From positions 76,835,456 to 76,899,455 of the forward strand of contig NC_057714.1 of NCBI RefSeq assembly GCF_004010195.1: a stretch of 64,000 nucleotides of DNA, in the 5' to 3' direction. The notes beneath the pieces are model-generated. The model was not told the DNA's origin and did not search any database. It saw only the letters and a program-made list of their open reading frames with translations. This stretch comes from Chiloscyllium plagiosum (taxonomy: Eukaryota). The position numbers were made by a program, and so were the translations under genes. Below, piece by piece: positions 24,835 to 36,833 of this stretch (positions are counted from its first letter, which is position 1; the number at the start of each line of letters is the position of its first letter).

Positions 24835-25700
24835 TATTGATTGTTGTCACATGTACTGAGATAGAGTGGAAAGTTGTTTTGCGTGCTATACAAGCAGATC
24901 ATACCATACAAAATGCATCAGGGTAGCAGAACAGAGAGCAGAATACAGTGGTATAGCCACAGAGAAGTTGAAGAGAGAGGTCTCAACATTAATGTTTGAG
25001 AGTTCTGTTCGAAAGTCTGATCAAGTGGGGAAGAAGCTGTTCTTGAATCTATTCAAATGTGTATTCAAACTTTTATATCTTCTACCTGACGGAAGAGGGA
25101 GAGTATAACCGGGGTGGGAGCAGTCTTTGATTATGTTAGACTATAAGACAGAGGAGCAGAAATTAGTCCATTCAGCCCATCGAGTCTGCTCCTGGCTGTT
25201 AAGTTTCTCAACCCCATTCTTCCGCCTTCTCCAAGTAACCTTTGATCCCCTTAACAATCAAGAGCTTATCTATCTCTGTCTTAAATACACTGAATGACCT
25301 GATTTCCACAGCCTTCAGTGGTAATGAATTCCCTAGATTCACCACCCTCTGACTGAAGACGTTTCTCCTCATCTCCGTTCTAAAGAGTCTTCCCTTTACT
25401 CTAAGACTGTCCCCTGGGGTCCTAGTCTCTCCTGCTAATGGAAACATCTTTCTAACTTCCACTCTATCCAGGCCTTTCAGTATTCTGTCATTTTCAATTA
25501 GATCCCCCACTTATCCTTCTAAACTCTATCCAGTGTCAACCCAGAGTCCTCAAACGTTCCTCATATGTTAAACCTTTCATTCCTGAGGTCATTTTCATGA
25601 GCCTTTTCTGGGCCTACTCCTGGGCCATTACATCCTTCCTGAGATAGGGGGCCCACATCTGTTGGTTGCTTTCATCAGGCAGGGGGAAGTATAGATGGAT
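24835..25700 (-). mobile_element. Rex1/Babar LINE 3' end interrupted by a CR1 fragment
   Basis: 24835-25137 aligns to 49484-49675 plus 53478-53550 and resumes at tgttggttgctttc (25660). Confidence 0.6.
25138..25659 (-). mobile_element. CR1-clade LINE 3' fragment
   Basis: GDLIE..ILKGLDRV..MFPLAGETRT..FRTEMRRNVFSQRVVN (ORF 25208-25510). Confidence 0.85.
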
Positions 25701-25869
25701 GTCAACTCTTTTTTTTTAAGCTTTTATTTAAATTTATTGTATTTAGGCATATAGCATATGATGTTTACTCACTTATATGGGCATTTATTACAGGAAGATT
25801 CCAATGGACAGCTATCTTGTATGTTTGCCCAAATCCATGCAAAATGATGGTTCTGTTTCATTAATGCAG

Positions 25870-26432
25870 AAGCAATATAGTATGGATGCTGGACAGTTGA
25901 AATAAAAAAGAAAATGACTGGTACACTAAGCAGGTTTGGAAGCATCTGTAAAAAAGAGAAACAGAGTTAACTTTTTCACAGAATCTCAGAATTGTTAAAT
26001 TGTATAAACAAGATGTCCGTGAGTTTTCAGAACTGAGAAGAATAGAAATTTGATCTGCTAATTTGCTCAACAAGTGACGGGGGAAAATTGGGAAGGAAAG
26101 GCAAGGTGTATAATAAGGTGGAAGGTAGGAGAGATTAGATAACAGAATGCTTCATGGTGCATGTTGAAGGGAGTGGAAATGGAACAATTAAGTGAAAGGA
26201 TATGTCAAAGGAGGTGTGAATGGCAAGTTGCTGAATAGCTGCTACCTGAATGCAAAGCAAAGGAAATAAGAGAAAAGCAAGAGAAGAAATCAAATCAGCA
26301 AATAAACAGGAAACTAAGTGGGGTCAGGAGTCTCACTTTTTTCCCCCAAGTTCCCTCGTTTTACCTAATTCCTCAAAAATTATTATATTTCTAAATTTGT
26401 CTCGTTCTGATGTAAGGTCATAGTTCTGAAAT
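25870..26432. mobile_element. Decayed Penelope-derived terminal repeats
   Basis: gatgctggacag..cagcatctgt..acagagttaac on the minus side and ttctgatgtaaggtcatagttctgaaatgtt on the plus side. Confidence 0.4.
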
Positions 26433-27145
26433 GTTGCCTAGACATTTAGAAGTTCGTAACAATGGACTGAAGCAGGGATTTGGAGGTTTGGGGGATGAAT
26501 ATTGGTGGAAGGCAGGTAAAGTAGTGCAGAAAGGTAGTGGTGATAGAGGAAGGCAACTGAATGTTCCTTTTCCCAGCACTGGGAAACTGGACTTGTCCAG
26601 TCAGTGTCTTCTGTCTAATTTGTGAGTGAATGCACAAGTGTTAATCAGGGCATTTTGTTTAGTTATGTTCTGAAGTGTGTATTTAAATATTGTTCAGCTT
26701 ATTGCAGCATTTCCTGTGTAGTGAAGCCAGAAGTCTTTTCATGGGTACCAGATGTACCGTGGCCCTCTACACCAATAGGAATGGTCTCTTCAGTTTCACT
26801 ATAAATATATTCATATCAATGATTCTTTATGCTATGACATAAATTGTATTATTGTGACAGTTCCCCATTATGGTGTCACAAAAATATTACATTGTATTTA
26901 TTAGACCTTTCCAGCAGACGTAGTCGAGATCTATCAGTGTGGGTTGGTGCTTGTTGTGAGATGTCAAATTGAATTGAAAGATTGATTGAATTGGACCATC
27001 ATGAATAGAACTTTAAAAATGGCCTTCTGTAAATGTTAATATGTAATTTTTGGGTGGTATTTAAATGGAAGAAACGATGTCCCTTTAAATTTATCCAAAT
27101 GTATGAAGCATGATTTTCACTGTTTTATGGCAGCATGATATTTTA

Positions 27146-29465
27146 TAGTCATAGAGATGTACAGCATGGAAACAGACCTTGCAGTCCAACTCATCCATGC
27201 TGACAGATATCCTAAATTAATCTAGTCCCATTTGCCAGCACTTGGTCCTTATCCTTCTAAATCCTTCCTATTCATATACCCATCCAGATGCTTTTAAATG
27301 TTGTAATTGTACCAGCCTCCACCACTTCCTCTGACAGCTCATTCCATACACTCAGAACTCTCTGCGTGAAAAAGTTGCCCCTTAGATCCCTTTTAAATCT
27401 TTCCCCTCTCACCAAAAGCCTATTCCCTCGAGTTCTGGACTCCCCCATCCCAGGGAAAAGACCTTGTCTATTTACCTTATCCGTGCCCCTCATAATTTTA
27501 TAAACCTCTGTAAGGTCACCCCTCAGCCTCCGACGCTCCAGGGGAAACAACCTCAGCCTATTCAGCCTTTCATTTTAGCTCAAACCCTCCAACCCTGCCA
27601 ACATTCTTGTAAATATTTTATTAACCCTTTCAAGTTTCCCAACATCATTCCAATAGGAGGGAGACCAAAGTTGCACACTGTTCGGTATCCAAACAGCTAG
27701 TTCTCCCTGTATTCCATGTGATCAAAGCTTGCTAACCAATCTATCATGAGGAACCTTGTCGAATACCTTATTGAAGTCCATACAGATCATGTCCACCACT
27801 CTGCTCTCATCAATCCTCTTTGTTACTTCTTCAAAAAGCACAAATCAAGTTAGTGAACCATGACTTCCCATGCACAAAGCCATGCTGACTATCTCTAATC
27901 AGTCCTTGCCTTTCCAAATATATGTAAATCCTGTCCCTCAGGATTCTCTCCAACAATTTGCCCACCATCAAGTCAGCCTCACCGATCTATAGTTCCCTGG
28001 CTTTTCCTTACCACCTTTCTTAAATAGTGGCACCCCCTTAGCCAACCTCCAGTCTTCCAGCACCTCACCTGTAACTATTGATGATACAAATATCTCAGCA
28101 AGAGGCCCAGCAATCACTTCCCTAGCTTCCCACAGAGTTCTAGGGTACACCTGATCAGGTCCTGAGGATTTATCCACTTTTATGCATTTCCAGACATCCA
28201 GCACATTCTCCTCTGTAATATGTGCATTTTCCAAGATGTCACCATCTATTTCTCCACATTCTATATCTTCCATCTTCCATGTCCTTTTGCACAGTAAACA
28301 CTGATGCAAAATACTTGTTTAATATCCTCCCCCATCTCCTGCGGTTCCACACAAAGGCCACCTTGCTGATCTTTGAGGAGCCCTATTCTCTCCTTAGTTA
28401 CCTTTTTGTCCTTAATGTATTTGTATATACCCTTTGGATTCTCCTGAATCCTATTTGCCAAAGCTATCTCATGTTCCCTTTTTGCCCTCTTGATTTCCCT
28501 CTTAAGTATACTTCTACTGCCTTTAAACTCTTTGAAGCATTCAGTTGATCTGTTATCTGTACCTGACATACACTTCCTTCTTTATCATAACCAAAACTTC
28601 AATTCCTCGAGACATCCAGTGTTCCCTACACCTACCAGCCTTTCCTTTCACCCTAACAGGAATATACTTTCTCTGGAGTCTCGTTATCTCATTTTTAAAG
28701 GCTTCCCATTTTCCAGCCGTCCCTTTACTTGCAAACATCCGCCCCCAAATGAACTTTTGAAGGTTCTTGCTGAATACCGTCAAAATTGGCCTTCCTCCTA
28801 TTTAGAACTTTAACTTTTAGATCCTGTCTATCCTTTTCCATCACTATTTTAAAACTAATTGCATTATGGTTGCTGGCCACAAAGTACTCCCCCACTGACA
28901 TCTCAGTCACCTGCCCTGCCTTATTTCCCAAGAGTAGGTCAAGTTTTGCACTTTCTCTAGTAGGTACATCCACATACTGAATCAGAAAATCTTCTTGTAC
29001 ACACTTAACAAATTCCTCTCCATTTCAACCCTTAACACTATGGCAGTCCCAGTCTATATTTGGAAAGTTAAAATTCCTGACCATCTTTACACTATTATTC
29101 TTACAGATAACTGAGATCTCCTTACAAATTTGTTTCTGACTATTGGGGGGTTGATTGTACATCCTAATAAGGTGATCATCCCATTCTTATTTCTTAGTTC
29201 CACCCAAATAACTTCCCTGGATGTATTCCCGGGAATATTTTCCCTAAGTATAGCCATAATGCTATTCCTTTTCAAAAATGCCACTCCCCCTCCTCTCTTG
29301 CCCTCCTTTCTATCCTTCCTATAGTATTTGTATCCTGGAACATTAAACTGCCAGTCCTGTCCATCCCTGAGCCATGTTTCTGTAATTGCTATGATATCCC
29401 AGCTCCATGTTCCGAACCATGCCCTAAGTTCATCCCCTTCCCTGTTAGGCCTCTTGCATTGAAGT
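27146..29465 (-). mobile_element. HER1/CR1 LINE, 5'-truncated, frameshifted ORF2 with internal deletion
   Basis: APE-region PTRESAKLDLLLGN..SNHN; KSSGPDQVYPRTL..PLFKKGGKEKPGNYR; RRLRGDLTEVYKIMRG..FFTQRV. Confidence 0.92.
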
Positions 29466-29535
29466 TAGCCAACAAGAATCCAGTGAACATACCTGAATTA
29501 TGCTGAGATATATCACAGTGCAGACAGAAAATTGT

Positions 29536-29819
29536 GGGCAGTACGGTGGCTCAGAGGTTAGCACTGCTATCTCACAGCACCAGGGTCCCAGGTTCAATTC
29601 CAGCCTTGGGCGACTGTCTATGTGGAGTTTGCACATTCTCCCTGTGGGTGCTCTGGTTTCTTCCCACAGTCCAAAGATGAATTGATCATACTAAATTGCC
29701 CATGGTGTTAGGTGCATTAGTCAGAGGAAAATGGGTCTGGGTGGGTTACTGTTCAGAGGGTCAGTGTGGACTTGTTGGGCCAAATGGCCTGTTTCCACAC
29801 TGTAGGGAATCTAATCTAA
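29536..29819 (+). mobile_element. HE1 SINE
   Basis: A/B boxes, V-domain with small deletions, ctaatcta tail. Confidence 0.88.
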
Positions 29820-30803
29820 GGACAAATTTAGTGTGCATACTAATAACTGTTTCAGCCCTTTCATTCATGTTTTATCCATCTGCAGCTGTAATAACCACAA
29901 AATAAGCTCAGAGTTTATCTCAAAGCATTTTTACCAGCTTTAGTTCAGTATGGATAGGATCGTTTACTAAAATGTGTGTACAGTCAAATATGTAGGAATA
30001 GAAATCATGTCCTTGTTGCAATAGACAAAGTGCTACTGAAATTGTGCTAGTGCCAAGTTCTTAAAAAAATTCTCTCAGTGCAAAATGCACAGCAGGTTAT
30101 TATTGTGTCCAATATTGAGACGGTCCAGCAGATACATTTTTTAATGAAAAATGCAGAAGGATATTAAGAGATCCAGCAAAACTGATCAATTCCAAGGAAA
30201 AAAAAGTAAGAAATGTGTTTCTTCCATGAGATGTGGCCATCAGTTAATAAGGCCAGCATTTGTTGCCAAACCTAATTGCAAACTCAGTGGCTTTAAGAGT
30301 TGAACACATTATCATGGCTGTGGAGTCATATGTAGACTTGATCAAGTAAGGATCTCCGAAAGATATTTTTAAAATGAAATTGATATTAGTTTTACAGTGA
30401 TTATTACATTTTCTGCATGTAAATTCATCACCACATTATTAAAACAATGAATTTAATCAAAATGGACTTCATTGCTTACAAATCACTTTGATACATTCAT
30501 ACTTACATAAGTGTACGTTTTTATACCTCTTTCATAAGCATAGTCATTGAATTTTCCACCAAATGTACACCTCAAGAAATATTCAAGATCCCATTCTTTT
30601 ATCACAATTGAATCTCATTTTCTCTTCCAGTTTCTGACATTCTGCCTAAAAGATACATTAGTTGGCAAGGTCCCTATCTCCTGTGTTCAACATGCATTTA
30701 TGCTGAATGATTAGTTCTCCAGATTTGAAATTTGTTTTTGTGTTCTCTTGATTAATAGAATATGGAATGTTACCTCATATTTGTTTGTCTGTTTTTATTC
30801 TAG

Positions 30804-31003
30804 GAGTGTTCTACACATTTAGCCCGAGGTTATCTTCAGATATCTTGGTAGATGTCAAAACGAATAATCACCGATGGAAGCGACAGCAACCACCCAAATC
30901 GGTGGATACAAACAGAGCTAGTCCGGAGCAGGACTTTGCAGATCCTACTAAAATCTTTGACATTCAACCTGCTGAGGACAATAGCAATGATACAAAAATT
31001 GAG
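30804..31003 (+). CDS. PLXDC2: Internal coding exon (exon 2 equivalent) of plexin domain-containing protein 2
   Basis: Polypyrimidine tract and AG acceptor (ttttattctAG|ga, 30802-30803) and donor GAG|gtatgc at 31004; 200 nt, phase 1 in, phase 0 out. Peptide GVFYTFSPRLSSDILVDVKTNNHRWKRQQPPKSVDTNRASPEQDFADPTKIFDIQPAEDNSNDTKIE aligns from memory with human PLXDC2 [46 protein letters not shown], not with PLXDC1. Confidence 0.85.
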
Positions 31004-31112
31004 GTATGCTTGTTATATTGAAGTGTTATAAGACTACTGCATCGTGCATGTTTTAAGAAATGCTTTAGAATTATTAGCAACAGTCTGTCATGGACAGAAC
31101 TTTATGCATTTT

Positions 31113-31288
31113 TTTAGATTGGATTAGATTTTTACAGTGTGGAAACATTGCCTATCGGCCAAACAAGTCCACACCGACCCTCTGAAGAGTAACTCACCCA
31201 GACCCGACTCCCTCTAATGCATCTAACACAATGACAATTTAGCAAGGCCAATCCACTTGACCTGCACCTCTTTGGATTGTGGGAGGAA
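31113..31288 (-). mobile_element. HE1 SINE 3' half
   Basis: ttagattggattagatttttacagtgtggaaac..acctgcacctctttggattgtgggagg. Confidence 0.8.
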
Positions 31289-31870
31289 TTTTCTTGCTGA
31301 TCATGATCAATATGTTTTGTGTCTGAGATGTGTATGTTTTCTTACCTTTCAGAATGATTGCCCAACTTAAATAATCCCAGCAGTAAGCTGTATGTGGCTT
31401 TTAGGGTTAAGCAAGTTATTTTTTTCCCCGCACTTGCCTCAGGGGTTTAAATATGCAACATGTCACTTACTGAAGTATACACATTGTCATTTGTACAAAA
31501 ATTAAATACTGATGTGGATAAACAATATAATTATAAAAGTACAGTTGACTCAATCTCTGTTTTGTGGAAGACCTGTAGTTTCTTAGAGGAGTTGCTGCTT
31601 TGAGTGGAGCAAAGGCCTTGAACTCTGTAATATGTAAGGTAATTTGTAGACAAATTATCATGTGGTTGAGTCCCAGGTGAACGTGAGTTGGAACAAGTTG
31701 GGGAGATTACTTCATCCCATTTTAGGTTTTGTAGTTTCTCACGTTGGGTAATCAGTTGAATTGCAGCTGATTCATTTGATTTTCTAATGGACTCCAATGC
31801 AATTCTTGCTGTAACGCAGCTTTCTAATGTATTTTAAAAGCAACTGGAAACATGGTCTTCTTACCAAATG

Positions 31871-32055
31871 AGGAGAAAGTGAGGTCTGCAGATGCTGGAG
31901 ATCAGAGATGGAAATGTGTTGCTGGAAAAGCGCAGCAGGTCAGGCAGCATCTAGGGAACAGGAGAATCGACGTTTCGGGCATGCCGAAATGTCGATTCTC
32001 CTGTTCCCTAGATGCTGCCTGACCTGCTGCGCTTTTCCAGCAACACATTTCCATC
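31871..32055. mobile_element. Penelope-derived near-perfect palindromic insertion
   Basis: 15-bp TSD tcttcttaccaaatg (31856-31870 / 32056-32070); ~77-bp arms (31904-31981 / 31982-32058) with no spacer. Confidence 0.9.
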
Positions 32056-32134
32056 TCTTCTTACCAAATGGCCATATCCACTAATTCAAAGTCCTTTTTC
32101 CTGATTACATTTAGTGGTTGGGTTGAGTATTCAT

Positions 32135-32635
32135 GGAGTGGGACCATTCGCCGCAGCTACTTTGACGTGAGCGATTTGGCGTGACCCATTTAGGCACAGA
32201 ACTGTTTTGTAGCTATTCAGTAGTTTGTAGTTATTCAGTACTTTGTAGTTATTATTAAAATAAAATATAACCCATTAAAATGATATTCCATTGAAATTGA
32301 AGAAATTCAGGGAAGCAGACACTAGAATACAGACATGTGTAAGAAGATTTAGTGAGAGAAATGACATTGAGTATATACAAGGGATTGCCCATAATTTTGA
32401 ATAAATGTTATATATCAGATTTTTCATATTTACCTTATTTCTTTTATTTTTATTTTCTTTTTAACATTTTTACTGAAGAGGGTAAACATTATTTTTCTTT
32501 TTATTGTTTTCATTAATGCTTGTAACTAAGCCTGAAAAGGAATAAATATGAGCTGCGCCGAAACAGTCCTGCGCCTAAATGGGTCTGCGCCACAACGGCC
32601 TGCGCCAAACCGGCTGCACCGAATGGTCCTACACC
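32135..32635. mobile_element. Non-autonomous DNA transposon, probably Mutator/MULE-like
   Basis: TIRs GGAGTGGGACCATTCGCCGCAGC / GCTGCACCGAATGGTCCTACACC; perfect 11-bp TSD tgagtattcat (32124-32134 / 32636-32646); subterminal ctgcgcc repeats; AT-rich core. Confidence 0.75.
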
Positions 32636-33954
32636 TGAGTATTCATCCTCTGTGATGGCAGTCATACCTGAACGGTTTTACGTAGCCGAGGATTTTGTCT
32701 GTGAAAGACCCCTTTCAATTTGAAATTCTCCCTTTCGAATGCTTTTCAAGAAAAGGCATTGGGCCAGCATCATTCTGGATTGTCATTTGCTTTCATCCAG
32801 AGAAAGGGGAATGCTTCATTCTGCAAATGAAGTCCGGCAATCCTCGACCATGTTTATGCAATCTTCTTGTGGTTATGTTTTAAAACATTACGATTAGTTT
32901 GAAGTTCAGAATGTACTGGGGCATGACGCATTAAATCTCAGAAGAACCAATGCTATCCCTCATTAGCATTTCAGACACACCCATTGATTTGTTTTGAAGA
33001 TAGCAGTCTTTTTTTGGACTTACTAATGAAAGCTTAGATTTGACATTGTTGATAAAAACTGCCACATATCTTGAGGTAGACATTGGACAGCACCCCAAAA
33101 CACTGCATGATTCTAGTGATGAAGATCTGGAACAAAGTAGGCCAAGCACCTTCTTCAATAATTCCTTGCTTACACAGTTATGTTCCTAAGGAGGCAAGGA
33201 ACAAGATTTGGCATGACAAAATAGGTGCGTTAGGCAGGATGTCCATGCTCTGGGAACACTGCGGGAATTCCAGCTCTAACAGGAGCAACATTCTCTCCCA
33301 ACTAAGTTGACTGACCTATGCCAGCTAATCAGAGACTGGCGGTGCAATTGTTTAAGATGATCACTGTTGGCACTGCAAGCGGTTCAAGAATGAGGATCCG
33401 GGAGCCCCTAAACAAAGGTGAGTTGAGTAGGATCACCAGGACCTCCCAAGGATAGTGATGAGGAGGGGAAGGGTGGACATCAGGTTGCTGGCTTCCTGCG
33501 AGTCCCTCCCTTTCCACCGATGCATCCCTCTGCTGGAAGAAGGAAATCCCTCATTGTTAGGCTGCAGGCATTTGTACCAAGATTTATTTGATGGTGTGTC
33601 CACATGGTGCCTATCCATCACTGTGACTGAATAGCACCACTGATGGGATGAGACTGCTAAGTGGCTTTAAGTGACTACTCAAAGGTTCAGTTGGCCACTC
33701 AGTGAGATGACTGTTCTCGATTCGTTTCAGCCCAAACTTGATCACAAGGAGTTGGACCAGTGATGGACTCCCACCAGAGCCCTGCTACGCCATCACCCAG
33801 CCTGCTTCTGAGGGGAGCTTTAATTTCTGCCATATATCTCCTCCTGCCTGTTCGGTTAAATTTTAGTTAGACATTTTTTAACTTGTCAAACTGAATAAGA
33901 TGTTAGCCATCATAGTTTTGACTTTAGGTCTTCAACAGACATTCTAATTTTATT

Positions 33955-34468
33955 TGTTTATTCATGGGATGAGGGTGTTGCTAGCTAGGCAGCATTTATT
34001 GTCGAGAGTGTGATGCTGGAAAAGCACAGCTGGTCAGGCAGCATCTGAGGAGCGGCAGAATCGATATTTCAGGCATAAGCACTTCTTCAGGATTATGCCC
34101 AAAACATCGACTCTCCTGCTCCTCGGATGCTGCCTGACCAGCTGTGCTTTTCCAGCACCACACTCTCGACCCTGATCACCAGCATCTGCAGTCCTCACTT
34201 TCTCCTAGGCAGCATTTATTGCCCAGAGGGCATTAGGAGTCAACCACATTGCTGTAGGTCTAGAGTCACACATAGGCCAGAATGACAGTTTCCTTCCCTC
34301 AAGGTGGGTTTTTCCAACAGTTGACAATGGTTTCATGGCCATCATTATACTCTTAATTCCATTTTTTAAAAATCCGCCATGGTGGGATTTGAACCCAGGT
34401 CCCCAGCATATTAGCTGCGTTTCTGGATTAACACTTAAATGATAATACCACTAGACTATTGCCTCCCC
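33955..34468 (-). mobile_element. tRNA-headed bipartite SINE
   Basis: Minus-strand head ggggaggcaatagtctagtggtattatc..gggttcaaatcccacc and tail gggcaataaatgctg; interrupted by 34002-34204. Confidence 0.7.
34002..34204. mobile_element. Penelope-derived fold-back insertion
   Basis: 17-bp TSD ctaggcagcatttattg (33985-34001 / 34205-34221); arms 34001-34078 / 34093-34170. Confidence 0.85.
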
Positions 34469-34839
34469 TTGATTATCTATTTCTCTTTCAGTTATTCTAT
34501 CTAAGTAGTTGAGGGAAGTAACATTACTAAGATTATTGCTAGAATTTTGAAAAGATTCCTGCTCCCAAATATAGCTGGTGTATTAGAATCTTGCTCTTGA
34601 AATGTTAAACTCAGGTAGAGATTTCTTCATGTGTACTGATGGCTGGTTTCATAGATAGAGATGCAGCAATTAGATGCACTCCAATGCCAGTAATTACCTG
34701 ATACAAGTCACAGTAACTAGCACAATAGAATGTAAAAGAAATTAATAAGAGAGAATAGGTCATGAAACTCAGTGTACTCCTTGTTACAACCAAACACCAG
34801 TTCACTGCAGTTCCAGATGGGATACCACAAATTATGGAT

Positions 34840-35153
34840 CTAGAATCCTTACAGTGTGGAAACAGGCCCTTCGCCCCAACAAGTCTACGCCAACCCAGAC
34901 CCACTCCCCTATTGCTGTACATTTACCCCAGACTAATACACCTAACCTACAGGCCCCTGAACACTATGGAAAATTTAGCACGGCCAGTTCATCTCTTGGA
35001 TTGTGGGAGGAAACCGGAGTACCTGTAGGAAACCCACGCAGACACGGGAAGAATGTGCAAACTCCACACAGACAGTCGCCCGTGGCTGAGATCGAACTCG
35101 GGTCCCTGGCACTGTGCGGCAACAGTGCTAATCACTGAGCCACCGTGCTTCCC
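34840..35153 (-). mobile_element. HE1 SINE
   Basis: Full head-to-tail homology with the other HE1 copies. Confidence 0.85.
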
Positions 35154-35495
35154 TTAGCAAGGTCCCTTGTGGGGAGAGATTAATTTTAGTCTCCCATCCC
35201 TCTTAGTTTGTTGTGGATGCCTTATGGTATCTTTCTCCCAGAGCCAAATGAGCTTATATTTCAAAAGGAGTCAATTTAACCAGGCTTTCTTCAATGAACA
35301 AAAAGAGTAACTTTATTCATTAGTACATATACAGCATATATTCACATAGATGATAAAGAAGAGGTGATTTCGAAAAAGAGCAGATAGTTAAAGATATGGC
35401 CATTGTGGTGGTTACTGGTAACATCAATATTGGTAGTTGAACAGTTGATTTTGGAGATTCTAGGTTGTGTAAATTGATTGAAGTTCCTTTGTCTT

Positions 35496-35659
35496 ACTCG
35501 GAGAAAGTGAGGACTGCAGATGCTGGAGATCAGAGTTGAAGAGTGTTGTGCTGGCAAAGTACAGCCGATCAGACAGCATCCGAGCAGCAGGAGAATTGAC
35601 GTTTTGGACATAAGCCCTTCCTGATGAAGAGCTTATGCCCCAAATGTCGATTCTCCTGC
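35496..35659. mobile_element. Penelope-derived fold-back insertion
   Basis: 11-bp TSD tcctttgtctt (35485-35495 / 35660-35670); inversion point at cccttcCTGATGAagagc. Confidence 0.8.
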
Positions 35660-35791
35660 TCCTTTGTCTTCATGTTTTAGAAGGTTTACAGCATCCAGAG
35701 TACCAGCGAGTCTTTATCTCTAACAAAGAAGTAACTAGAGGATAGTTCTTGACTTTGAAGGTCACAGGACGTGGGATCTCTCAAACCCAAG

Positions 35792-36104
35792 AGATTAGAT
35801 TACTTACAGTGTGGAAACAGGCCCTTCGGCCCAACAAGTCCACACTGACCCGCTGAAGCGCAACCCACCCAGACCCATTCCCCTATATTTACCCCTTCAC
35901 CTAACATTACGGGCAACTTAGCATAGCCAATTCACCTCACCGGCACATGTTTGGACTGTGAGAGGAAACAGGAGCACCCAGAGGAAACCCACGCAGACAC
36001 GGGGAGAATGTGCAAACTCCACACAGTCGCCTGAGGCAGGAATTGAACCCGGATCTCTGGCATTGTGAGGCAGCAGTGCTAACCACTGTGCCACCGTGCC
36101 GCCC
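35792..36104 (-). mobile_element. HE1 SINE, full length
   Basis: Intact A/B boxes and V-domain. Confidence 0.9.
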
Positions 36105-36587
36105 ATATCACATATTAGCATTCAGTCACAGTTGTCCCCATCAGTGGAGTTGAAAATGGCTTTTTAACCCCGGGTCCTTGCGGATTCTTCAAGGGCAAAA
36201 AACACAAACCGTGTCTGTCATTTGGGATGTTGTTTGCACCTTGTTGCCTTCTAACCACAAGATATTACAGTCCAGGCAATTTGAAGTTTCTTTGACATCT
36301 TCAGGTGTTACATCTGATTGGGTGCAAACAGTAATGTTCACACCTGCAATTATCTCGTCTCTGTAGCAGCCCTCCCTTAAATATGGCTATTGGGATTAAG
36401 GACTAACAATGCCCAGAGTGTTTTGGGATTTCAAGCCATTCTCATAACTCGCTTTAAAGTCCATTATTTGACTTGCCAATCTGTCAAATGGACAATGGAG
36501 GGGTAGGGAAAGTGGTAGAAATTATCTATAGTGGCCTGCATTCTTTGATCACACAAGCAAATCTGGAACTTTTATCCTGTTTTTAAG

Positions 36588-36775
36588 TAACAACACCAGG
36601 TTATAATCCAACAGGTTTATTAGGAGGCACTAGCTTTCAAAGCACTGCTTCTTCATCAGGTGGTTGTGGAGCAGAATCATAAGACACAGATTTTATAGCA
36701 ACAAGATTGCAGTGTCATGGAATGTAGTGGAATGGTTTTGGTGTGATTTTTAATTTTGTCCACCCCAGTCCACCA
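36588..36775 (-). mobile_element. Penelope family C short insertion
   Basis: Homologous to 15755-15942; degenerate hammerhead at ~36627-36662. Confidence 0.65.
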
Positions 36776-36833
36776 TATCCTGTCAGTGATAGTCTAGCAG
36801 GGTTTCTTGCAGGCATTGCGACTTTAGCTACAC

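Noticed and set aside
24615-24926. 103-aa ORF with a hydrophobic, transmembrane-like stretch
   Set aside because: The hydrophobicity comes from T-rich sequence, the ORF runs into the Rex1 tail, and no family is recognisable.
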